NCBI GenBank assembly: GCA_046349515.1
Contig: JAXMCE010000001.1
Coordinates: 138,186 to 202,185 of the forward strand
Direction of reading: 5' to 3'
DNA: 64,000 bases
DNA from: Alphaproteobacteria bacterium
GTDB lineage: Bacteria > Pseudomonadota > Alphaproteobacteria > CADEGL01
Shown: piece by piece, positions 9,065 through 18,337 of the stretch
How the letters are laid out: each line of letters opens with the position of its first letter
Position numbering within the stretch: the stretch's first letter is position 1
The notes under the pieces: generated by a model
Seen by the model: the letters and a program-made list of their open reading frames with translations, nothing else
The model's database searches: none
What the model was told of the DNA's origin: nothing
Position numbers and translations under genes: made by a program

Positions 9065-10285
9065 GTGCCTCCTCGAACATTGACTGCCCAGTGCTGCGTC
9101 GTGGGCGGAGGCCCCGCGGGGCTCGTCGCGGGCCTCTTGCTCGCGCGCGCCGGCGTCGAGGTCGTCGTCCTCGAGAAGCACGCGGATTTCCTCCGCGACT
9201 TCCGCGGCGACACGATCCACCCCTCGACGCTCGAGGTCATGGCCGAGATCGGCCTCCTCGACGGGCTCCTCACGCTGCCGCACCAGAAGGTGCCGCGCCT
9301 CGCGGCGCAATTCGGCGACCAGCTCGTGCAGATGGCCGATTTCGGCTCCCTTCCCACGCGCTGCAAGTTCATCGCCATGATGCCGCAATGGGACTTCCTC
9401 GACTTCCTCGCGGCGGAAGGGCGGCGCTATCCCGCCTTCAGGCTTTTCAATTCGGCCGCGGTGACCGAGCTCATCGAGACGGGCGAGCGCATCGAGGGTG
9501 TGCGCGCCGCGACGGCCGAAGGACCGCTCGAGGTACGGGCGAATCTCGTCCTCGCCGCCGACGGCCGGCACTCGACGGTGCGCGCGGCGGCGGGCTTCAC
9601 GGTCGAGGAACTGGGCGCGCCCATGGACGTGCTGTGGTTCCGCCTGTCGCGCGCGGCGAGCGATCCCGCCGACACGATGGGCCGCTTCGATCCCGGCCGC
9701 ATCTTCATCATGATCAACCGCGGCAGCTACTGGCAGTGCGCCTATGTGATCCCCAAGGGCGATCATGAGCGCGTGAAGGCGCTGGGGTTGGATGCGTTCC
9801 GGCGGGGTGTCGCCGCGGCCGCACCCTTCGTCCGCGACCGGACGGGCGAGATCGCGAGCCTCGATGATGCGAAGCTGCTGACTGTGCGAGTCGATTTCCT
9901 GCCGCGCTGGTACAGGACAGGGCTTCTCTGCATCGGCGACGCGGCGCACGCCATGTCGCCCGTCGGCGGCGTCGGCATCAACCTCGCGATCCAGGACGCC
10001 GTCGCCGCGGCGAACATCCTGGCCGAGCCGCTCAAGGCCGGACGGCTCACCCTCGATCATCTGCGACGCGTGCAGGCGCGGCGCGAATGGCCGGTGCGCA
10101 TGACCCAGCGCGTCCAGGTCTTCGTCCAGAACCGCGTGATCCGCCCGGTCCTCGGCGAGGGCGAGGCGGTGCGCCCGCCGCTCATCCTCCGCCTGATGCA
10201 GCGCCTGCCGGTCTTGCAGCGCATCCCGTCGCGCCTGATCGGCATGGGCTTCCGCCCGGAGCACGTGCGGACGACGGTCGCCTGA
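9065..10285 (+). CDS. FAD-dependent monooxygenase (UbiH/salicylate hydroxylase family)
   Basis: GGGPAGL dinucleotide motif, DGRHSTVR and GDAAHAMSPVGGVGINLAIQDA FAD-binding fingerprints. GTG start. Confidence 0.8.
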   Translation: MPPRTLTAQCCVVGGGPAGLVAGLLLARAGVEVVVLEKHADFLRDFRGDTIHPSTLEVMAEIGLLDGLLTLPHQKVPRLAAQFGDQLVQMADFGSLPTRCKFIAMMPQWDFLDFLAAEGRRYPAFRLFNSAAVTELIETGERIEGVRAATAEGPLEVRANLVLAADGRHSTVRAAAGFTVEELGAPMDVLWFRLSRAASDPADTMGRFDPGRIFIMINRGSYWQCAYVIPKGDHERVKALGLDAFRRGVAAAAPFVRDRTGEIASLDDAKLLTVRVDFLPRWYRTGLLCIGDAAHAMSPVGGVGINLAIQDAVAAANILAEPLKAGRLTLDHLRRVQARREWPVRMTQRVQVFVQNRVIRPVLGEGEAVRPPLILRLMQRLPVLQRIPSRLIGMGFRPEHVRTTVA

Positions 10286-10320
10286 GTCCCCTGCCGACTC
10301 GCGCGCGAGGCGGCGGCGTC

Positions 10321-10989
10321 TCAGCCCTTTCCCACCTTGTCCACCGACGGCAGGCCGATGAGGTCGACCGTGCGGGCACCGGCCTCGATCTTCGCGACCA
10401 TCTCCACTTCCTTCGCCATCCGCGCGCGGCAGCGTTCGAGCAGCCCGGCCATCTGGTCGGGGCGGACCACGGCGATGCCGTCATCGTCGCCGACGAGGAG
10501 GTCGCCCGGCGCGACCGGCACGCCGCCGCACTGGATCGGCGCGTTGATCGCCCCGCCCCAGCCCTTGTGCGGTCCCGCCGGCACGCCGCCCCGCGCGTAG
10601 ACCGGCACGCGCGAGCGGCGGAGCTCCGCGAGGTCGCGCACCGCGCCGTCGACGACGACCGCGGCAAGACCCTTCAACTCGCCCGCACGGTGGAGGATCG
10701 AGCCCCACACGGCGGTCCTGAGGAATCCGCCGGCGTTGACCACGAGCACCGCCGCGGGCCAGGCGATGGTGAGCGCGTAGTGAAGCGCGCTGTTGTCAGC
10801 GACCATGCATTCGACGGTCAGGGCCTGGCCGACGAAGCTCGAGCCTGTCGCCACGGGCTTGATCGCCGCGTCCATGGCACCCGCGCGATTGAGCTCGTCG
10901 GTCACGATCGCGGCGGGGACGCCCTGCCAGGACGCGATGACACGCGCATCGAGGAGCGGTTTCGGGGCGGGGTTGAGCGTGAGCGCCAT
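10321..10989 (-). CDS. RraA-family protein (4-hydroxy-4-methyl-2-oxoglutarate aldolase / oxaloacetate decarboxylase-like)
   Basis: About 222 aa from ATG 10989 (MALTLNPAPK...). The conserved RraA core is GDLLVGDDDGIAVV...P. The track ORF begins further upstream (11202) in Arg/Ser-rich sequence judged non-coding. Confidence 0.75.
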   Translation of the reverse strand: MALTLNPAPKPLLDARVIASWQGVPAAIVTDELNRAGAMDAAIKPVATGSSFVGQALTVECMVADNSALHYALTIAWPAAVLVVNAGGFLRTAVWGSILHRAGELKGLAAVVVDGAVRDLAELRRSRVPVYARGGVPAGPHKGWGGAINAPIQCGGVPVAPGDLLVGDDDGIAVVRPDQMAGLLERCRARMAKEVEMVAKIEAGARTVDLIGLPSVDKVGKG

Positions 10990-11035
10990 GGCGTTTCCTC
11001 CGGTTGGGTGGGTGCGGTCGCGGAACGGTCTCAGC

Positions 11036-12217
11036 TCAATACACGCCGGTCTCGCGGATGGCCGCGCCCGTGAAGATGCGCTCGATGCCGAAGCGCGTGA
11101 GATCGAGCGTGCGGTATTTGCCATGGACGATGAGCTCGGTGATCGCGCGGCCCGCCGCCGGCGCCTGCATGATCCCATGGCCCGAGAATCCCGTGACGAC
11201 ATAAAAATTCTCGATACCCGGATAAAGGCCGATGAGCGCGTTCTGGTCGAGCGTGTTGTAGTCGTAGTGGCAGCAATAGGCGCGGACGAGCTTCAGGGCC
11301 TCGAAGACCGAGCTGCGTTCCGCGAGCTCGGGCCAGATGCGCTCCTCGAAGAGAGCGTAGTCGACGTCGAAATCCTCGGTCGCGGGATCGGCGTCCTCGG
11401 GCGGCGAGATGACGCAGAGAAGGTGCTTGCCCTCTGGCCGGCAGCCGGCACCGTTGGTGTGAAGGATCAGCGGACTCGGCGGAATGGGCACGGACGCGCT
11501 CACGATGAAGCCGCAGCGCTTCCTCGGCTCGACCGGGAGATCGACGCCCGCCATGCGCGCGACTTTGGCCGCATCGCGCGCGCCCGCGGCGTTGACGACC
11601 GCGCCCGCCTCGATGCGCGCGCCTGACTTGAGCGTGACCCCGGTGAGGCGCCCGCCGGTGCGCGCGATCCCCGTCACCTCGTCGGCGATGTATTCAACGC
11701 CGAGCGAACGCGCCTTCCTGCGAAGAGCCATGACCAGCCCGTGCGGGTCGAACCACCCCTCGTTCCGCTCGCCGAGGAAACCGCCGGCGAGGTCGTCGAC
11801 GTTGAGCCACGGAAATTTCGCCGTGAGGCGATCCGGCGGCAGGAAGGTGATCTCCGCGCCATTGGCGCGCTGCACCTTGTGGTTCTCGGCCAGGATGGGA
11901 AGCTGGGCCTCTTTCGCGAGAAGGAGGTAGCCGTTCTCGCGGAAGCCGATATCCGGCGCCTCTCCGTCAACCGCCAAGAGGCGCCCCGCTTCCTTCATGA
12001 ACGTGGCGCCGAAGAGCGTCATGCCGATATTCTCGGGCGTCGAGAACTGTTGGCGGATACCGCCCGTCGCGCGGGAGCTCGAGCAGGTTTCGTAGCTCGG
12101 ATCACGCTCGACGACGAGGATCGAGCCCTTGAAGGAAGGGTCCGAGGCCAGGAAATAGGCCGTGGCGCTGCCCATGCCGGCGCCGCCGGCGATCACGATG
12201 TCGTAGCGTTTGGCCAT
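11036..12217 (-). CDS. FAD-dependent oxidoreductase (DAO / D-amino-acid or sarcosine oxidase family)
   Basis: N-terminal DIVIAGGAGMGSATAYFLAS (GxGxxG). 393 aa with typical DAO-family length and C-terminal motifs. Confidence 0.8.
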   Translation of the reverse strand: MAKRYDIVIAGGAGMGSATAYFLASDPSFKGSILVVERDPSYETCSSSRATGGIRQQFSTPENIGMTLFGATFMKEAGRLLAVDGEAPDIGFRENGYLLLAKEAQLPILAENHKVQRANGAEITFLPPDRLTAKFPWLNVDDLAGGFLGERNEGWFDPHGLVMALRRKARSLGVEYIADEVTGIARTGGRLTGVTLKSGARIEAGAVVNAAGARDAAKVARMAGVDLPVEPRKRCGFIVSASVPIPPSPLILHTNGAGCRPEGKHLLCVISPPEDADPATEDFDVDYALFEERIWPELAERSSVFEALKLVRAYCCHYDYNTLDQNALIGLYPGIENFYVVTGFSGHGIMQAPAAGRAITELIVHGKYRTLDLTRFGIERIFTGAAIRETGVY

Positions 12218-12227
12218 GATGGTCCCG

Positions 12228-13055
12228 TCACTCCCCGATGAGCCATTCCGCCACCGTCTTGATCTGCGTCTCGTCCATGAGCGCGGGGGCGTGGCCCGTC
12301 CCTGGGATCTCGCGCAGTGCCGCGCGCGGGCCGCGTCGCATCATCTCCTCCGCCGTCCGCGCGAGCAATAGGTCGGATTCGGCCCCCCGTATGACGAGGG
12401 TCGGACAACGGATCGCGTCCCACACCGACCACAGATTGACGTCCTGGAAGATGCCTCCGCGAAACGGATCGCCGATCGCGGGATCGTAGCGGAGACGCCA
12501 CCGCCCTCCCCCGTCCGGCTCGACGCCGTGCGCAACGACGTGCCGCCACTGCGCATCGGTGAGCGCGCCGAACGGCGCCATCACGCGGCGGAAATAGATT
12601 TCGGCTTCTCCTTCGTCGGCGAATCGCGGATCCTTGCCGACATAGGTGCCGAGCCGCTGAAGCGCGGCCCTCGGAATGAACGGCCCCACGTCGTTGAGCA
12701 CGAGGCGCCGGATGGGCGCGCCCGCGCGAGCGGCGAGCAGCATGCCGATGAGCCCGCCCATGGAGGTCCCCAACCAGTCGACCTCGCTCGCGCCGAGTCG
12801 CGCGATCAGCGCCGCCATGTCGGCGCAGTATTGTGGGTAACCATACTGGGTCTTGTCGGCGAGACGGTCGCTCGCCCCGCGCCCCACCACGTCCGGGCAG
12901 ATGACGCGGTAGCGGCGCGAGAGTGCCGCCGCGATCGCATCGAAATCGCGGCCGTTCCGCGTCAGGCCGTGGACGCAGACGAGCACGCGCGGGTTGTCCC
13001 GCTCGCCCCACTCGGTGTAAGCGATCCGATGGAAGCCGCCGGCGCTGAGCGCCAT
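12228..13055 (-). CDS. Alpha/beta hydrolase
   Basis: VLVCVHGLTRN, a GTSMGG nucleophile elbow, and C-terminal GTGHAP. Start is set at MALSAGG (13055), which leaves a 91-bp divergent intergenic region. The longest ORF begins at 13148, whose ATG overlaps the divergent GNAT ATG within a CATG. Confidence 0.7.
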   Translation of the reverse strand: MALSAGGFHRIAYTEWGERDNPRVLVCVHGLTRNGRDFDAIAAALSRRYRVICPDVVGRGASDRLADKTQYGYPQYCADMAALIARLGASEVDWLGTSMGGLIGMLLAARAGAPIRRLVLNDVGPFIPRAALQRLGTYVGKDPRFADEGEAEIYFRRVMAPFGALTDAQWRHVVAHGVEPDGGGRWRLRYDPAIGDPFRGGIFQDVNLWSVWDAIRCPTLVIRGAESDLLLARTAEEMMRRGPRAALREIPGTGHAPALMDETQIKTVAEWLIGE

Positions 13056-13146
13056 GAGGCTGCGTGACTCGACCGGGGCTTCCGGATATACCCGTCCGAA
13101 CACCGACGCCCCGCGACGGAGGGCGTCCTTCCAATGCGAGAGCGGC

Positions 13147-13608
13147 ATGAAATCTCCTCCGCGCGGCCTCGTGATCGCGGCACCCGGACAGGCCGACAAG
13201 GCCGGCTGGCGTGTGCTCTATAACGGGTATGCGGCGTTTTACAAGGTCCCCATGACGGACGCGATCGCAGACACGGTCTGGGGCTGGATCCACGACCCCG
13301 ACCACGAAGTCGAAGCGCTGGTCGCGAAGGACGCGGACGGACAGCTCGTCGGCCTCGCGCATTTCCGCGCGATGGCGCGTCCCTTGGCCGGCGCAGTCGG
13401 CGCCTTCCTCGACGATCTCTTCGTGGCGCCCGAGGCGCGCGGCACGGGCGTCGCGGATGCGCTGACGGCGCGCCTCACCGAGATCGCGCGCGAGCGGCGC
13501 TGGCAGGTCATTCGCTGGATCACGGCCGAGACCAACTACCGTGGCCGGGCCTTCTATGACCGCATCGCAACCAAGACCCAGTGGCTGACCTACGAAATCC
13601 GCCCATGA
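13147..13608 (+). CDS. GNAT family N-acetyltransferase
   Basis: 153 aa. The GNAT core is LVGLAHFR...FLDDLFVAPEARGTGVADAL (motif A, R/Q-x-x-G-x-G/A). Its stop overlaps the matB-like start within ATGA. Confidence 0.7.
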   Translation: MKSPPRGLVIAAPGQADKAGWRVLYNGYAAFYKVPMTDAIADTVWGWIHDPDHEVEALVAKDADGQLVGLAHFRAMARPLAGAVGAFLDDLFVAPEARGTGVADALTARLTEIARERRWQVIRWITAETNYRGRAFYDRIATKTQWLTYEIRP

Positions 13609-15137
13609 CGGCTGCCGACGGCAATCTCTACGCCCTCTTCCGGTCGCGCTTTCCCGCCGATCGGCGCGAGACCGTCATCGAAACGGAGACGGGCCGGCGA
13701 TACAGCTACGCGGATCTCGAGACCATCTCCGGCCGCTACGCGCGCCTCCTGCGCGAAACGGGCATAGCACCCGGCGACCGCGTGCTCGTGCAGACGGAGA
13801 AATCGCCCGAAGCCTTGTTCCTCTATCTCGCGTGCTTGCGCGCGGGCGCCATCTACGTACCGCTCAACATCGCCTACCGGGCGGCGGAGCTCGCCTATTT
13901 CATCGGCGACGCCGAGCCGCGCGTCATCGTGTGCGATCCCGCGGCACGCGCCGCCATCGAGGAGCCCGCGCGCGCGGCCCGCGTCGCGCGCCTCTTCACG
14001 CTCGATGCGTCGGGCGCCGGCACGCTCGTCGACGAGAGCGGGAGTCTGCCGCCGCTCGATGCGGATGCCGCCCTGCACACGGACGACACGGCCGCCATCC
14101 TCTACACCTCCGGCACCACGGGGCGGTCCAAGGGCGCCATGCTCACGCACGGCAACCTGTCCTCGAACGCGCTGACCTTGCATCGCGCGTGGGGATTCCG
14201 TCCGGGCGACGTGCTCCTCCACGCCCTGCCGATCTTCCACACCCATGGCCTGTTCGTCGCGAGCAACTGCGTCCTCCTCAACGGCACCGGCATGCTGTTC
14301 CTCGCCAAGTTCGACGCGGCGACGGTGATGCGCCTCCTGCCACGCGCGACCGTGTTCATGGGCGTGCCCACCTTCTATACGCGCCTTCTTGCCGAGAGCC
14401 GCTTCGACCGCGAGACCTGCCGGACCATCCGCCTCTTCATCTCGGGCTCGGCGCCACTGCTCGATGAGACCTTCCACGCCTTCCGCGCGCGCACGGGCCA
14501 CACGATCCTCGAACGCTACGGCATGACCGAGGCCGGGATGATCACCTCGAACCCGCTCGACGGCGCGCGCATCGCCGGCAGCGTGGGCCCGCCCCTCCCC
14601 GGCATCGAGGTGCGCGTCGCGGCCGATGACGGTCGCCTTCTGCCCCAGGGCGAGACCGGCGTCCTCGAGATCCGCGGCCCCAACCTGTTCAAGGGCTACT
14701 GGCGGATGCCGGAGAAGACGAAGGAGGAGTTCCGCGCGGACGGCTTCTTCATCACCGGCGACGTCGCGCGGATCGATCAAGAGGGCTACGTCTCGATCGT
14801 CGGCCGCGCCAAGGACCTCATCATCTCCGGCGGGTTCAACGTCTACCCGAAGGAAGTCGAGATGCAGATCGACGCGATCGCCGGCATCGCCGAATCGGCG
14901 GTGATCGGCGTGCCGCACCCCGATTTCGGCGAGGCCGTTGCGGCCGTCGTCACGACAAAGCCCGGTGTCGCAGCACCTTCGGCCGAGTCCATCATCGCCA
15001 CGCTCAAGGGCGAGCTTGCCAACTTCAAGGTGCCAAAACAGGTATTCTTCACCGACGACCTGCCGCGCAACGCCATGGGCAAGGTCCAGAAAAACGTGCT
15101 CCGCGACCGCTACAAGGATACGTTCCGACCCGCATGA
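13605..15137 (+). CDS. matB: Malonyl-CoA synthetase-like acyl-CoA ligase (MatB family, AMP-binding)
   Basis: YTSGTTGRSKGAM (AMP motif), PIFHTHGL, GYWRMPEKT and PRNAMGKVQKN motifs, with close overall resemblance to Rhizobium MatB throughout its length. Start 13605 overlaps the GNAT stop (ATGA). Confidence 0.85.
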   Translation: MTAADGNLYALFRSRFPADRRETVIETETGRRYSYADLETISGRYARLLRETGIAPGDRVLVQTEKSPEALFLYLACLRAGAIYVPLNIAYRAAELAYFIGDAEPRVIVCDPAARAAIEEPARAARVARLFTLDASGAGTLVDESGSLPPLDADAALHTDDTAAILYTSGTTGRSKGAMLTHGNLSSNALTLHRAWGFRPGDVLLHALPIFHTHGLFVASNCVLLNGTGMLFLAKFDAATVMRLLPRATVFMGVPTFYTRLLAESRFDRETCRTIRLFISGSAPLLDETFHAFRARTGHTILERYGMTEAGMITSNPLDGARIAGSVGPPLPGIEVRVAADDGRLLPQGETGVLEIRGPNLFKGYWRMPEKTKEEFRADGFFITGDVARIDQEGYVSIVGRAKDLIISGGFNVYPKEVEMQIDAIAGIAESAVIGVPHPDFGEAVAAVVTTKPGVAAPSAESIIATLKGELANFKVPKQVFFTDDLPRNAMGKVQKNVLRDRYKDTFRPA

Positions 15138-15166
15138 CCGCCCGCGACGAGTGAAGGTGCAAGGCC

Positions 15167-15886
15167 GTGGATCTGACCGCCTTTGGAGCCCTGACCTTCG
15201 ACTGCTACGGAACGCTCATCGACTGGGAGACGACGATCCGCCTCGATCTCGCGACCTGGGCGATCGAGGCGGGGCTCGATGTCGATGAGGACGAGATGCT
15301 GGCGGCCTTCGCCGCGGCGCAGCGCGAGCATCAAGCTCTCCGGCCGATGAAGCCCTATCCGATCATCCTCCGCGACGCCTTCATCGACGCGGCGCGGCAA
15401 TGGAGCGGCCGGCCGGCGCCCGAGATCGCCGCGCAGTTCTCCCGCTCCATTTCCCGGTGGCGCCCCTTCTACGACACGGTGCCGGCCCTGGCCTACCTGA
15501 AGACGCGCTACCGTTTGGGCGTGCTCTCGAACGTCGACCGGATCTCCTTCGCCGAGACGGCCTCGAAGCTCGCGGTGCCGCTCGACTGCACCGTGACGGC
15601 GGACGACGTCGACGCCTACAAGCCCGACCCCGCCCACTTCCGGCGCGCGATCGAGATGTTCCAGCGCCAGGGCATCGCCGCAGCGCGCATCCTGCACGTG
15701 GCCCAAAGCCGGTTCCACGACATCCAGCCCGCGCAGACGCTCGGCCTTGCGACCGTGCGCATCAACCGGCGGCATGACCGCGAGGGGCGCGGCCTCGTCA
15801 TCGATGCGCCGGTCGAGGCGGACCTCACGCTCCGCTCGCTGGCCGAGCTCGCGGAGCAGGCGCGCGCCGCCTGGGGAGATCGCTAA
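15167..15886 (+). CDS. HAD-superfamily hydrolase (haloacid dehalogenase-like / phosphatase)
   Basis: N-terminal DxYGT (FDCYGTLIDW) motif I, a S/T motif II, and K...D motif III/IV (AYKPDP...). The stop overlaps the next gene's ATG by 1 nt (TAATG). Confidence 0.75.
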   Translation: MDLTAFGALTFDCYGTLIDWETTIRLDLATWAIEAGLDVDEDEMLAAFAAAQREHQALRPMKPYPIILRDAFIDAARQWSGRPAPEIAAQFSRSISRWRPFYDTVPALAYLKTRYRLGVLSNVDRISFAETASKLAVPLDCTVTADDVDAYKPDPAHFRRAIEMFQRQGIAAARILHVAQSRFHDIQPAQTLGLATVRINRRHDREGRGLVIDAPVEADLTLRSLAELAEQARAAWGDR

Positions 15887-18270
15887 TGTTCAGGCGCCGA
15901 CGCTCGCCCTCGCGGCACATCCTGCGCGTCTTCGCGGTCCTGGCGCTCATCCTGCTCATGGGCGCCGGTGCGATCTTCCTCTGGTTGCGGAGCGGCCTGC
16001 CCCAGATGGAGGGGACGATCGAGACCGAGGACGTGGATGATCCGGTCACGATCGTGCGCGATGCCCACGCCATTCCCCACATCCGCGCCGAATCGGCGAG
16101 CGACGCCTATTTCGCCCTCGGCTTCGTTCATGCGCAGGACCGGCTGTGGCAGATGGAGGCCATGCGGCGGGTCGGCGCGGGCCGGCTTTCGGAAGTGGTC
16201 GGCGCGCGCGCCATCGAGCTCGACCGCATGATGCGCACCCTCGGCCTCTATCGCCTCGCCGAAGAGAGTTACGCGACCCTGCCGCCCGACGTGCGGGACG
16301 CGCTCGATTCCTATGCCGACGGCGTCAATGCGTTCCTCGAGACGCGCCGCGGCGCGCTTCCGCCCGAGTTCCTTCTCCTCGGCTACACGCCGGAGCCCTG
16401 GCAGCCCGCCGATTCGCTCGTCTGGGGCAAGCTCATGGAGATGCAGCTTTCGGTCGACTGGCGGAGCGAGCTCCTGCGCGCCCGGCTCCTGCCCAAGCTC
16501 GGGCGCGAACGGATCGATGCGCTGTGGCCCGCCGATGCCGACAGCGCGCCGACAACGCTGGCCGCGTCCGACCGCGGCCCCGCGCTCGCATTGCCCTGGT
16601 CGATCCCGAAAGGGCTCGACGGCATGTTCGGCGGCGGCGCCTCCAATGCCTGGGTCGTCGACGGGCGCCACACCGCGACGGCGAAGCCCATTCTCGCGAA
16701 CGATCCGCACCTCGATCCATCGCTGCCGAACCAGTGGTACCTCGTCCACATGTCCGCGCCCGATCTCGAAGTCACCGGCGCCTCGGCCCCCGGCGTCCCC
16801 TTCGTCATCCTCGGCCACAATGGACGCATCGCCTGGGGCATGACCTCGAGCCAAAGCGACGTCGAGGATCTCTTCATCGAGCACCTGTCGCCCGACGACC
16901 CCGAGATGTACATGACGCCGGACGGCCCCCGCCTCTTCGAGACGCGCGAGGAACGCATCCGCGTGAAGGACGGCGACGACATCGTCATCACGGTCCGCTC
17001 GACGCGCCATGGGCCGGTCATTTCGGACGCGCTCACGCCGCAGCGGCGCCCGTCCCCGGACGTCATCCTCTCCCTCGCGACGTCCTACCTCGCGCCCGAA
17101 GACACGACGGCGACCGCCATCTATCGCTTGAACCGCGCGCGGAATTGGCAGGACTTCACCGACGCGCTGCGCTCCTTCAACGCGCTGCAGCAGTTCATCA
17201 TGTACGGTGACGTGGAGGGCAACATCGGCTTCTATGCGCCGGGCCACGTTCCGATCCGGCGCGCGTCCGACGGATTCCTCCCGGGCGACGGATCGGGCGA
17301 CGCCGCGGACTGGACCGGCTTCATTCCCTTCGACGCCCTGCCCCACGACCTCAACCCGGCAAGCGGGCGCCTCATCAACGCCAACAACCGGCCGGTCGGC
17401 CGCGGGTATCCCTACTATCTTGCGCGTTTCTGGGAGGATCCCTACCGCGCGCGTCGCATCGAGCAGCGCCTGGCCGCATCCGCTTCCCACACGCTCGACG
17501 AATCGGCAGCGCTCCAGGGCGACACGCTCTCCCTCATGGCGCAAGACGTGCTGCCGGCGCTCCTCGCCCTGCTCGACCCGAACGACGAGGCGGTGCGCGC
17601 GGTGGGCGAACGTCTCAGAGCGTGGGACGGCACCATGGCGGAGGACCGGCCCGAGCCTCTCCTCTTCGCCGCGTGGATCCGCGCGCTCAACCGCCGGTTG
17701 CTGGGGGATGCTCTCGCGAGCGACCTGCCCCACTACGGCGTCATGGGCGGCGATGCCCTGACGATCGCACTTGGCCCCGCATCGCCCTGGTGTGGCGCCA
17801 ATCGCATGAGCTGCGCCGACCAGGTGACGGTGTCCCTCAAGGAGGCGCTCGCGGGGCTTGCCGCGCGCTTCGGCGCCGATATCGATCGCTGGCAATGGGG
17901 CGCGGCGCATACGGTGCGCTTCCGCCATCGCCTCTTCGAGCACATCCCGCCCCTCGGCCGCTGGCTGGGAATCGAGCTGCCGCTCGCCGGCGACACCTAC
18001 ACGCTCCTCCGTGCCGTGCCGACGCTCATGGCCGAGGAGGATCCCTACCGCGCGATCCACATCGCAAGCATGCGCGCGATCTACGACCTGGCGGACCTCA
18101 ACCGCTCGCGCTTCATCCTGCCAACGGGACAGTCGGGCCACCCCTTCTCGCGCCACTACCGCGACATGGCGCCGCTCTGGCACGGGCTCGACTACGTCAC
18201 CATTCCGCGGAGCGCTGGCGAAAGCGAGGGCGGGCGCGTGCTCACGCTCAAGCCCACCCCCACGCCCTGA
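15886..18270 (+). CDS. Penicillin amidase / acyl-homoserine-lactone acylase family Ntn-hydrolase
   Basis: 794 aa. Signal/TM N-terminus, alpha subunit (FALGFVHAQDRLWQME), and a beta-subunit N-terminal nucleophile region (GGGASNAWVV, Ser after spacer). The size is typical of AiiD/PvdQ-like acylases. Confidence 0.85.
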   Translation: MFRRRRSPSRHILRVFAVLALILLMGAGAIFLWLRSGLPQMEGTIETEDVDDPVTIVRDAHAIPHIRAESASDAYFALGFVHAQDRLWQMEAMRRVGAGRLSEVVGARAIELDRMMRTLGLYRLAEESYATLPPDVRDALDSYADGVNAFLETRRGALPPEFLLLGYTPEPWQPADSLVWGKLMEMQLSVDWRSELLRARLLPKLGRERIDALWPADADSAPTTLAASDRGPALALPWSIPKGLDGMFGGGASNAWVVDGRHTATAKPILANDPHLDPSLPNQWYLVHMSAPDLEVTGASAPGVPFVILGHNGRIAWGMTSSQSDVEDLFIEHLSPDDPEMYMTPDGPRLFETREERIRVKDGDDIVITVRSTRHGPVISDALTPQRRPSPDVILSLATSYLAPEDTTATAIYRLNRARNWQDFTDALRSFNALQQFIMYGDVEGNIGFYAPGHVPIRRASDGFLPGDGSGDAADWTGFIPFDALPHDLNPASGRLINANNRPVGRGYPYYLARFWEDPYRARRIEQRLAASASHTLDESAALQGDTLSLMAQDVLPALLALLDPNDEAVRAVGERLRAWDGTMAEDRPEPLLFAAWIRALNRRLLGDALASDLPHYGVMGGDALTIALGPASPWCGANRMSCADQVTVSLKEALAGLAARFGADIDRWQWGAAHTVRFRHRLFEHIPPLGRWLGIELPLAGDTYTLLRAVPTLMAEEDPYRAIHIASMRAIYDLADLNRSRFILPTGQSGHPFSRHYRDMAPLWHGLDYVTIPRSAGESEGGRVLTLKPTPTP

Positions 18271-18337
18271 CGCTCCGGGCAGGCACCGCTTGACGGACGA
18301 CGCGGTCTCGTCCCGAATGCGTCTTGAGGAGATGACG

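Noticed and set aside
8924-10264. 446-aa minus-strand ORF
   Set aside because: It is antisense to the FAD monooxygenase gene, which carries GxGxxG and DG/GD FAD fingerprints.
10990-11202. N-terminal 71-codon extension of the RraA-like ORF
   Set aside because: The extension is Ser/Arg/Ala-rich (MSSRDSRAMGSCRRRRRAARSPSSSS…), unlike RraA proteins. A clean ATG at 10989 gives a normal-length ~222-aa RraA fold.
13590-14918. 442-aa minus-strand ORF
   Set aside because: It is antisense to matB, which is near-collinear with characterised MatB.
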